Virus record (IMG/VR): IMGVR_UViG_3300042731_011319
Location: 32,001-96,000 of that record
DNA: 64,000 bases
Source: a virus
Reading direction: 5' to 3' (one strand)
Shown here: positions 1 to 8,034 of the stretch, piece by piece
Layout: each line of letters begins with the position of its first letter
Numbering within the stretch: the stretch's first letter is position 1
Notes under the pieces: model-generated
Told to the model about the DNA's origin: nothing
Seen by the model: only the letters and a program-made list of their open reading frames with translations
The model's database searches: none
Translations under genes and position numbers: made by a program

Positions 1-73
1 CTTTTTAAGGAGCCAGATGCAACTCCTACTTGCAGTATACCAATCCAATTTAAATCAAATCCAGTACGTGCCC
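1..73 (-). ncRNA. ssrA: tmRNA (SsrA), 5' part only, truncated by window edge
   Basis: Minus strand reads GGGCACGTACTGGATTTGAT...GCAAGTAGGAGTTGCATCTGGCTCCTTAAAAAG. This matches the tmRNA 5' layout: GGG start with G3, a GGATTyGAy element, and a PK1-like GGAG/CTCC stem followed by an A-rich loop. No ORF here; tag frame and 3' end are outside the window. Confidence 0.7.
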
Positions 74-109
74 ATAAAATATTAAAGAACAAAAAAATAA
101 TTACACTAA

Positions 110-1234
110 TTATTGACCTTGTGCAATCTCTTGATTGCCATCTTGAGTTGTAATAGGGTTCTGGGATCTAGCAGCTTCATAAAGAGCATTATAGTTTTTG
201 GTTACTTTTTGATATCTACGCCTAGTTATTGTTCTGAGTGATTCTTCGCTCATTCTGCTGGGCCCTTCTTCGCTAAATAATTTTAAGATAGCTATATCTT
301 TTTCTGTAACATCTACTTCCCATTTAATTTGATATCCGAAATCAGGAATCGGCGATGACAATTCCGGCGCAAAAGCCCTAGGCTGATCAGCACTTTTAGA
401 TTCGGTCCAAGTAAATACTGGAACAACACCATGCCAAGTTTCGTGAAAAGCACCGATATTAATCTTGGGTTCAACTACAGAATTATCGATACGAGAAGGA
501 TTAATTCGGTCAAATAAATTATTATAAGCCAACGGAAATCCAAAATCGTTTTCTTCATAAGAATAGACATGCAAATATTTGAATAAATTAAATGCAGACC
601 ATGAGCCATGGTCAGCATTTTTCAAAACCAATCTTCTTTGAGCTGAAGGATCGAGCTTTTTAAAATTTTCATAAAAACGATCCGCAAAATCACAATAAGA
701 ATCATGATCTTCTTTTGCTGGTTGAGAATTTAAATGAAGCAAGATAGGCGCAGAGATATTTTCCTGCAACCCAATTTCATCAAGAAACCAAGAGTAGAAA
801 TTAATTTCTTTGATTGATTTTTCAACGACTGCATCATCATCATCAATAAGTTTACAGAATTTATCAGGCTGAATAGATAAAGAAACTCCTTTTGTAATCG
901 AAGCCCTTCCAATTGATTGAATAGCTTCCGTAACCTGTCCATAGTTAGGTAGGTCTTGAATGGATAAATCAAACGAAGGATCAGAAAGAATACCAAATAC
1001 GGTAGCATTTAATCTATAATGATCAATTCCGCTATCTCTACAGAAATCAATAATTTTAATTGTAAGATTAAGATTTTTTAAGATCTCAGACTGCAATTGA
1101 TTTATTGCAGCCTCATCTCCTTGCTGAGAAGCTAATTCGGTATAAGCCTTGCGAGTTAAGCCGACGAACTGATTGGCGGGATCCTCTTGTTGGAGGATTT
1201 TAGAATTACAAACTAATCCGTATTTGGTATTCAT
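110..1234 (-). CDS. UV-damage endonuclease (UvsE/UVDE)-like protein, probably catalytically degenerate
   Basis: YGLVC, NL...YRL, SIQPDKF (usually SxHPxQF), LLHLN, LVLKNAD (usually LxLEND), W..xP and KDIA in UvsE order. Confidence 0.75.
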   Translation of the reverse strand: MNTKYGLVCNSKILQQEDPANQFVGLTRKAYTELASQQGDEAAINQLQSEILKNLNLTIKIIDFCRDSGIDHYRLNATVFGILSDPSFDLSIQDLPNYGQVTEAIQSIGRASITKGVSLSIQPDKFCKLIDDDDAVVEKSIKEINFYSWFLDEIGLQENISAPILLHLNSQPAKEDHDSYCDFADRFYENFKKLDPSAQRRLVLKNADHGSWSAFNLFKYLHVYSYEENDFGFPLAYNNLFDRINPSRIDNSVVEPKINIGAFHETWHGVVPVFTWTESKSADQPRAFAPELSSPIPDFGYQIKWEVDVTEKDIAILKLFSEEGPSRMSEESLRTITRRRYQKVTKNYNALYEAARSQNPITTQDGNQEIAQGQ

Positions 1235-1239
1235 TCAAT

Positions 1240-1515
1240 TTAAATAAGATCGATTTCTTCTACCTCTTCTGCAGGAGTATCAAGATCAGAGGAGTTCGTT
1301 ACTTGAACCGTGGAATCTCCCTGCTCTTTCTGGCGATAGATCCTGAAGTCAGGAGCTTTAGGATTTTCATCCTTGTACTTATTCTTAAATAGAATAACCT
1401 TCTCGCCATTCACTTGACCGGTAAGATACTTCTCGTTACCACCGTTCTTTACGTTAACCCAAAGGGCTCCAATTTCTCTATCACTCCACTCATTATTATC
1501 TTTATTTTCACTCAT
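1240..1515 (-). CDS. DUF736-like small protein, putative ssDNA-binding
   Basis: IGALW...KYLTG...N.YK....PDFRIY motif and acidic C-terminal tail. Confidence 0.55.
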   Translation of the reverse strand: MSENKDNNEWSDREIGALWVNVKNGGNEKYLTGQVNGEKVILFKNKYKDENPKAPDFRIYRQKEQGDSTVQVTNSSDLDTPAEEVEEIDLI

Positions 1516-1520
1516 AATTT

Positions 1521-1549
1521 ATTATATAGTATATTAATATTTAATTCAA
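1521..1549 (-). promoter_or_regulatory. sigma70-type promoter (leaderless) for 1240..1515
   Basis: TTGAAT-17 nt-TATAAT, 5 nt before ATG. Confidence 0.55.
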
Positions 1550-1626
1550 AATTTTCTAATTTCACCACTGTTTTTACATAGTATGTAAGCTACGAAAAGC
1601 ATTATTAATATTTTAATTGTTATCAT
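1546..1626 (-). CDS. possible 26-aa hydrophobic peptide (MITIKILIMLFVAYILCKNSGEIRKF)
   Basis: Manual translation; fills the gap between neighbouring genes; TM-like. Confidence 0.3.
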   Translation of the reverse strand: MITIKILIMLFVAYILCKNSGEIRKF

Positions 1627-1631
1627 GTTTT

Positions 1632-2168
1632 TTATCTGTATTGTTTTCTTAGTAGACGCCAGCGATCAGAATCGATAGGTTTGCTGCCATTATCTATAGC
1701 ATACAACATATCTATGATTTCGTCAAGCGAATTATAAATATATTTGTGGGGCATCATGCCAAGCATCCATAATGGGGTCTTTGCTTTGCCGCCTTCCATG
1801 CTGATAAAGATTGGTTTTTTCATGCGTACTGCGGTGACGATTTCTTCGCCGCTTCCCCAGCTTGCAACTTCTGGTACAAGATGGGCAACAATAAAATCAC
1901 TACGATCAACAAGGTTCAAGTCATATGAACGAACAGTCTTCATTTTCTCTGCGACACGATCATATTGCTTGGTCTTCATCCAAGTCTCCATCTCAACACG
2001 AGAAGCTTCGTCTTCTTCCACATCCTTAATAAAAGGTTTTTCATAGGGATTAAAACAGGTGATATTAAGGTCCGAAAGTTTTTCGGTTACTTCTTGTCGC
2101 CAGTCTCGACCGCTCAAGTACTGCATGTGGCCAACTAAATATGTTTTTGTTTTATATAAAAGATTCAT
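1632..2168 (-). CDS. nucleoside 2-deoxyribosyltransferase-like protein
   Basis: YLVGHM...WR...FNP...DL..VDRSD....S.G...E pattern. Confidence 0.75.
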   Translation of the reverse strand: MNLLYKTKTYLVGHMQYLSGRDWRQEVTEKLSDLNITCFNPYEKPFIKDVEEDEASRVEMETWMKTKQYDRVAEKMKTVRSYDLNLVDRSDFIVAHLVPEVASWGSGEEIVTAVRMKKPIFISMEGGKAKTPLWMLGMMPHKYIYNSLDEIIDMLYAIDNGSKPIDSDRWRLLRKQYR

Positions 2169-2178
2169 ACTGCCATAT

Positions 2179-2207
2179 AATATAGCAAATATGAATTAGT
2201 TTGTCAA
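2179..2207 (-). promoter_or_regulatory. sigma70-type promoter
   Basis: TTGACA-17 nt-TATATT with extended TG, 10 nt before ATG 2168. Confidence 0.7.
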
Positions 2208-2217
2208 CACTAATATT

Positions 2218-2349
2218 TCAACCTCGATTATAGATGTTAAACATGTTGCCAGCCTCATTTTGAGAAGTTACAAATTCACCAAGCACAAGCTTGCCTAACT
2301 TAGGTAAGTCGGATATTTTAGCTGGTCGGATTTTTGCTTTAAGGTGCAC
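2218..2349 (-). pseudogene. 43-aa ORF resembling a GNAT acetyltransferase N-terminus (truncated)
   Basis: Manual translation VHLKAKIRPAKISDLPKLGKL...; IRxAxxxDLxxL is typical of GNAT beta1-alpha1; stops before motif A. Confidence 0.35.
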
Positions 2350-2354
2350 CAGTA

Positions 2355-2726
2355 TTACGCATCGTAAACGCGATGTAGTGAATTTACCTCAAGAACAATA
2401 ATCTTACCCAAGTTTTCTCCATTTGGACGAACAGGATCAAAAGGCTTTAACTCCTCTTCTGTTAAGCCTGAATCAAGTAGCGCTTGCTTTTCTTCTTCAG
2501 ATAACCTGGAAGTGGGTAGAGTCCATCCAACTGCACTCTTTATTGCAGAAATAACTGAATCAACCTCTGAGTCTTCACAATATTTTTCGACCCTTGTTGA
2601 GGTTTGCTGATTACCTGTTGAGTCAATTCCGTAACATGAACTAAAACTAAGTGCGGATACTTGATCACTAATTTTGTGTATTATATTAGGATCATGTAAA
2701 GGTAAGTATGCGATTACTAATTTCAT
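2355..2726 (-). CDS. divergent PII (GlnB/GlnK)-fold protein
   Basis: MKLVIAYL / SALSFSSCYG / RVEKYCEDSEVDSVISAIKSA / GENLGKIIVLEVNSLHRV align with GlnB MKKIDAII / TGMTVTEVKG / KIEIVVPDDIVDTCVDTIIRTA / GKIGDGKIFVFDVARVIRI. Start moved to ATG 2726. Confidence 0.7.
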   Translation of the reverse strand: MKLVIAYLPLHDPNIIHKISDQVSALSFSSCYGIDSTGNQQTSTRVEKYCEDSEVDSVISAIKSAVGWTLPTSRLSEEEKQALLDSGLTEEELKPFDPVRPNGENLGKIIVLEVNSLHRVYDA

Positions 2727-2728
2727 AA

Positions 2729-4435
2729 TTATGTCCACTCAGATTTCCATGGTATTATTGCAGAACCGCCAGTAGCCCAGCCGCTATTATGGTCACCACT
2801 AGTTAAATATATTGGAGTACATGTATCACTCTCACTACTTCGGGTATTAAATTGAACCTGATAATTTTTTGTCTGATTTCCACCGGGGTAATATGAGTTA
2901 TCTGGGATCACAAAGGATTTAACATAATCTAGACCACTCCTTGATTGTTGGACGCCACTTTTTAATATGTTCACAAATGCCTCATAATACTTATATGCCC
3001 CGCTTCCAGATGGACTGGTAAGTTGCCAAACTTGCATATGGTCATCGCCTCCTGTAACATAAATATATACTCTTCCTGTTGATGGATTAATACCGCAAAT
3101 CAACATGTGATGCTTATACTTTTGCGAATCTGTCAAAGTTGCAGGCCCTGGGCTGGTTAAATAATCAGATGTAATAGGGAAATATTTTTTATTACCAACG
3201 TAACTATACGCACTAGGACCGTATGGTGTGTTGAGGGCACCTTTCGTCATATTCCAAATTTCCGCATTATCTACTTGGGTGTTACCGTTGCTTTCGTATC
3301 CGAAGCCCATGATCATATCGCCATTTGATCTTCGGCATGCTATATTCCATCCATTCCCAAATGCATTACCTCCACCTGTAAAAACACCATCCACTCCCTT
3401 GTCTGCAATAGTTGCTGCACCGGTTGATAAATTTACATCAATATGAGAAAAGAAATTAGCTGAATATTTAATATATATTCTTGCAGTACCACCTACATAT
3501 GCACCATCAGTCCACATGTGTGGCCATGGCGTGTCCCAAGCTGTTGTATGTTTAAAAGGCCAGGATGTGCTATTACTATAACCTGCAGAATCACGCGGGA
3601 GTATATGACTAACTAATGTGCCGTCCAGTTTGTACTGAGCCAAATGCTGGCCAGTGGTGGAAGCACCATAATTCGAAACAAATACCCAAGTGTCATTTTC
3701 ACCAGTTATAACAACTGGTGGGCACATAACATTTCCCTTTGACCACCCTGCTCCTCCACCCGAAGAAAAAGTTCGATAGGATCGCCAGGCAGGGTTGCCT
3801 GAGTCATCAGTCATCCATACTGCATCAGCATTGCTACCCCCTGCAGATACAACTCCGGCGGCAGTTTTAGTATTTGTCGGTAAGGGTAGCCAGCTACCGT
3901 CAGCATTTAACCATTCTTTTGATGCCACTTCTGTAGCTGATGGTCCGGGCACTAATCCCGCATATTCACTGCCAAAAGTTCGATGGGATCGCCAGCCGGG
4001 ATTGCCTGAAGCATCAGTCATCCATACTGCATGGGTATTAGCAGCCCCTGCAGAAACTAATCCTTCTACAGTCTTTGAATTTGTACGAACACTGCCCCAA
4101 CCAGGGTTGCCATCCGCATCAGTAGTCCATACTGCATGGGCATTGCTGCCCCCTGCAGATACAACTCCGGCGTCAGTCTTGGTATTCGCAAAAAAACTAA
4201 TCGGCCTCCAGTTTCCATCAGCAACAAGTATTTCTTTAGCGACCATTTCAGTTTCAGTTGGGCCGGGCACTAAGCCTTTGACATCTTTGGAAAATACTTG
4301 TTGTAGTTGCATCAGCTCGTGAACTGATATTTTATAAGTGATCGCACTATCAAAATCAGAAATCGCTAAAAGATCCTGATCGTTTAGAGAGTTTGCGGCA
4401 GGGGAAGTTAAATTGCGAATAGTATTAAATGACAT
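2729..4435 (-). CDS. tail fibre / receptor-binding protein A
   Basis: Repeated GLVPGP...L.ADG.W and AGVVSAGG..A.AVW.TD..GNP.W modules; G/S/T-rich beta C-terminus; in a virion gene cluster. Confidence 0.7.
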   Translation of the reverse strand: MSFNTIRNLTSPAANSLNDQDLLAISDFDSAITYKISVHELMQLQQVFSKDVKGLVPGPTETEMVAKEILVADGNWRPISFFANTKTDAGVVSAGGSNAHAVWTTDADGNPGWGSVRTNSKTVEGLVSAGAANTHAVWMTDASGNPGWRSHRTFGSEYAGLVPGPSATEVASKEWLNADGSWLPLPTNTKTAAGVVSAGGSNADAVWMTDDSGNPAWRSYRTFSSGGGAGWSKGNVMCPPVVITGENDTWVFVSNYGASTTGQHLAQYKLDGTLVSHILPRDSAGYSNSTSWPFKHTTAWDTPWPHMWTDGAYVGGTARIYIKYSANFFSHIDVNLSTGAATIADKGVDGVFTGGGNAFGNGWNIACRRSNGDMIMGFGYESNGNTQVDNAEIWNMTKGALNTPYGPSAYSYVGNKKYFPITSDYLTSPGPATLTDSQKYKHHMLICGINPSTGRVYIYVTGGDDHMQVWQLTSPSGSGAYKYYEAFVNILKSGVQQSRSGLDYVKSFVIPDNSYYPGGNQTKNYQVQFNTRSSESDTCTPIYLTSGDHNSGWATGGSAIIPWKSEWT

Positions 4436-4444
4436 AACAAGAAA

Positions 4445-5236
4445 TTAAAATTCATATATTAAAACAGAAAGAAATCCAGAATCAAGCCCTTGGCCGTTTT
4501 GATCTGCAATAAATACATCGATATATTGTGTCGATTTCTTCACTTCAACATGAGACAAGCTAGAACTAGAAAATGAATTAAATAAATCGCTAGTTGAGCA
4601 TACTACCTGATAATCAGATACACTTGAATAAGTAAAACCACTAAACCACAAACGATACATGCCAACGCCCAGCCTTCCTATTGTTAACCCTTTGCTTTTA
4701 ATACTAGGAGTAGTGCCCAATGTAACTTGACCCCCACGAGTTGGAACCAGTTGATTATGTAATGAGCTATTAACAGTTAAAGTTCCATCAACTTCCATAG
4801 ATGAACCAGAAATTGTAACAAAATTATCTTGAGCTAAATCGCCAACAATTAACTCGTCAGATAGGTGTCCGGATATGCCGTCTAAATCTTGATAATATCC
4901 ACTAGTACCGCTGACCCTTCCAAGGTCATATTGATAAATAAAATTTTCAGATCCGACTAAAACTGAACCGCTAATAAATTGAATATATTGGTCTCCAGCT
5001 AAATTAGTTGCCGAGCCACCGCGTGGCTCACCAAGTTCAGCAATTTTGACCCAGTCAGTATTATTATTTTCTCCAGTCTTTTCATACAAGAAATTGCTCG
5101 AAAGATCTAAAAATTTAGACCCACGTATTCCAGCTGCTTTTGAACTCTTGGCATCTCCTGTAGGGGGAGCAAAGTCAGAAATAAAAGGCTGACGTATGCC
5201 TAAATTTGAATTTACAAAATCTTCGAAAGCTCCCAT
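4445..5236 (-). CDS. putative virion/tail structural protein
   Basis: Context; G/S-rich; C-terminal R.G.G.Y...F beta-sandwich pattern seen in fibre proteins. Confidence 0.5.
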   Translation of the reverse strand: MGAFEDFVNSNLGIRQPFISDFAPPTGDAKSSKAAGIRGSKFLDLSSNFLYEKTGENNNTDWVKIAELGEPRGGSATNLAGDQYIQFISGSVLVGSENFIYQYDLGRVSGTSGYYQDLDGISGHLSDELIVGDLAQDNFVTISGSSMEVDGTLTVNSSLHNQLVPTRGGQVTLGTTPSIKSKGLTIGRLGVGMYRLWFSGFTYSSVSDYQVVCSTSDLFNSFSSSSLSHVEVKKSTQYIDVFIADQNGQGLDSGFLSVLIYEF

Positions 5237-5238
5237 AA

Positions 5239-8028
5239 TTAATCCTCTTTAACTATATATTTCGCTGGATTGTTTACATCAGCATTAGCTGCGCGGGAAA
5301 GTGAGTCGAGATTAAATACATGATCTCCATTATTATTAACTACACCGTTAGAATCGCAAACACAAAATCTATTGTCGTGATTGAATGAAAAGTCTAACTG
5401 AGTGCCTGGACTCAACTCTAAAAAACTATAAATTGTACCTCCACTTGGTCCTGACCCGCCCTCGCTAACATTTTCAAAATTAACATTATTAGGATTCGAA
5501 ACTGTTGTGCCAATGTACGCTAAACCTCCTGCCAAACCGTTGGGAGATGCAGAAATTTCACGTTCACTAAAACCAGCAAGAGTATAGTTTGGGTTTGTAC
5601 CTATAGTAGTGGTCGTAATATTCGCTAAATTAGAGGCTGAAACAACCCAAGAAAATTCACCTTTTTGATCGACATCTTTAACTGTTATAGTAAAATTATT
5701 AGAATTCAATCCTGTGCCGCTATTAGTTTGTGTCAGTAAAGAAGCGGGAGACTGCTGGGGATCGGTAGATAATGTAGGTGGCGAATTATAAACCTGATCA
5801 CTAACTAAATTAAAAGAATCGCTCAATCCTGAGTTAGAGCTAGCCAAGGTAGATGCAAGATTTTTGACTTCAAGGATAAGTGCTGAGTTGGCAATTTGTA
5901 CAATAGTAGATGCAGTAGCTTTTAGGCCATTACTATTTTTAGTGGCAATAATTTGAAAATTATTATTAGTTACATTATATCCTCCACTATTGTAGGTACA
6001 TGTTTTAGATGATTCAAATGTAGAGTTATTATCGATGGTGATTTGTTTTGTGCCTGATGTTGGGTCAGTATATGAGATAGAATCAAAATTAGATGCTACA
6101 TTGTTGACTGTAGCAACCTCTCCAGATTTAATTGCCCCCTGCCCTGCAGGATATGACACTGAACTAATAGTGAGACTTGGGCCTACATTATTAGTGCTTG
6201 CCGTATCGGAAGTTGCAGTATCACTGGTAGTACCATATTGATTTTGAGCCTGTAACTTAACAGAAAGATTGCCATTTCGCAGCCCAGTGACCTTCACTGG
6301 AATCGTATATCGATAAACATCTCCACTAACCAAGACTGAGTTATAATTAACAAAAGATGTTTGAGAGCCGTCAGATAATCCTTCTGAGAATACCTTAAGT
6401 TTAATCGATGTATTCAATTCGCCCTTTGTATCAATATCCGCTGTGACATTGACTGTGTCTCCACCTTTTAATTCAGTAGTCCCTATATTATGGCTAGATG
6501 CAGAACTAATGGCTGGTGTAATAATGGATGCATTACTTATAACAGGGCCATTGGCTATTTTAATTTTTACAAAATCTTGGTCTGTGGCTCCGTTGGCATC
6601 TCTAATAGCTTCAATTTTTAAGTTGTCTTCATTTGCAAAAATACCATCCGAATATGATACAGTTTTAGTAGCTTCAAAAGTAGAAGGATTACTAACAGTA
6701 AAAGAACTACTATTCACAGTCTGCGCAGAATAGGATATAGTATCGGTAGCCGTATTAAAATTAGATATAGAGTTAGAAAATGTTGTCGACTCGTCTTCTC
6801 GCAAGCCATCAGTACGACCATTATAGCTAGCAGGATCATTCGCAGAAATATTAGGATAGGTTTGGTCCAATAGAACAGATTCACTAAAATTGGAATCGGA
6901 AGATTGCTCAGCTCCAATAGAACCTAAATTATTTTTTGAGCGTATTTTAATTCCCTGATTGCCTGAACGATTAGAAACAGTAATAGAAATTGTAGCTCTT
7001 TTAGTGTTAGCATCAAGGTCTACGAAATTATAGTTGGTGAAATCAATACCGCTAGAAATACCATAATCCAAGACTTCAATTTGCTCAGGAGTTGTTAGGG
7101 GGTTGGCGAATAAACTGGCAGGGTAATCAATGAATACATTGATCTTGTCGCCAGACTTTAATGCGCTTGATCCAAGCATTTCTCCAGTTTTTGGGGTAGC
7201 ATTACTGATGGCATCAATAGTAATATTATTAGCTGTAGGCCCGGATCCAATAACTACTAAGCTGATTGTAGACTCAATGCCATTAACGGAGCCAGTAAGT
7301 TCAGATAACCCTTCTGCATTAAGATTATCGAGATAACCTTCAAAGCGTCTAGTTCCAGAGCTTATTTCAGTAATGTTTTCTTGAGGTATAACTGTTCCAT
7401 TAATCGATGCAGTACCCATATATTCATTAAGTGGGCCATCCCACCTGAGTGTGACTTTTAAATTATTAGCTGACTCAACGGAAACACCAGATAGGTATGT
7501 TTCGGGAGTAGGAGTATTATAATAAGTTGCAATACTTGCGCCTTCATTATTCAGAACATCATGAAAAAACACAAAAGAAGTATCTGGGCCTTCTGGTGTG
7601 GGTATTGTATCTATTTCGTTTTGAAGGTAGCCGCTTAAGCTCGAAATCGGCCCGTCAATATCTGGTGTGGGTATTGTATCTATTTCGTTTTGAAGGTAGC
7701 CGCTTAAGCTCGAAATCGGCCCGTCAATATCTGGTGTGGGTATTGTATCTATTTCGTTTTGAAGGTAGCCGCTTAAGCTAGAAATAGGACCACTAATGTC
7801 TGGAGCAGGAAGGTTATTGATAGATGTATCTACATAATCACGAAGGGCCTGAAACTCCCCTGATACATTTGGTGCGATACCCTCAGACTCTATTCTGCTT
7901 TTAAGAGTGCTAGATAAATCAGCAAATGTAACCCTATAATTAGTCTCAACAGTAGCAACTAAAAAGTTAAAGTCATCCTGGGGAGCGACCTTATCGAGCT
8001 CTGTAATCTTTTTACCTGGAGCAGCCAT
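5239..8028 (-). CDS. large S/T/N-rich virion protein with Ig-like repeats
   Basis: N-terminal KITEL motif, 23-aa tandem repeats, duplicated ~250-aa beta-rich unit (LKSGDKINV / LKGGDTVNV). Confidence 0.6.
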   Translation of the reverse strand: MAAPGKKITELDKVAPQDDFNFLVATVETNYRVTFADLSSTLKSRIESEGIAPNVSGEFQALRDYVDTSINNLPAPDISGPISSLSGYLQNEIDTIPTPDIDGPISSLSGYLQNEIDTIPTPDIDGPISSLSGYLQNEIDTIPTPEGPDTSFVFFHDVLNNEGASIATYYNTPTPETYLSGVSVESANNLKVTLRWDGPLNEYMGTASINGTVIPQENITEISSGTRRFEGYLDNLNAEGLSELTGSVNGIESTISLVVIGSGPTANNITIDAISNATPKTGEMLGSSALKSGDKINVFIDYPASLFANPLTTPEQIEVLDYGISSGIDFTNYNFVDLDANTKRATISITVSNRSGNQGIKIRSKNNLGSIGAEQSSDSNFSESVLLDQTYPNISANDPASYNGRTDGLREDESTTFSNSISNFNTATDTISYSAQTVNSSSFTVSNPSTFEATKTVSYSDGIFANEDNLKIEAIRDANGATDQDFVKIKIANGPVISNASIITPAISSASSHNIGTTELKGGDTVNVTADIDTKGELNTSIKLKVFSEGLSDGSQTSFVNYNSVLVSGDVYRYTIPVKVTGLRNGNLSVKLQAQNQYGTTSDTATSDTASTNNVGPSLTISSVSYPAGQGAIKSGEVATVNNVASNFDSISYTDPTSGTKQITIDNNSTFESSKTCTYNSGGYNVTNNNFQIIATKNSNGLKATASTIVQIANSALILEVKNLASTLASSNSGLSDSFNLVSDQVYNSPPTLSTDPQQSPASLLTQTNSGTGLNSNNFTITVKDVDQKGEFSWVVSASNLANITTTTIGTNPNYTLAGFSEREISASPNGLAGGLAYIGTTVSNPNNVNFENVSEGGSGPSGGTIYSFLELSPGTQLDFSFNHDNRFCVCDSNGVVNNNGDHVFNLDSLSRAANADVNNPAKYIVKED
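7592..7803. repeat. 69-bp in-frame tandem repeat, ~3 copies (PDIDGPISSLSGYLQNEIDTIPT)
   Basis: Units start at 7592, 7661 and 7730; first two identical, third diverges after ~7779. Confidence 0.95.
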
Positions 8029-8034
8029 TGATTA

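Noticed and set aside
7592-7803. CRISPR array
   Set aside because: Units are contiguous, lack spacers and are in frame within a CDS
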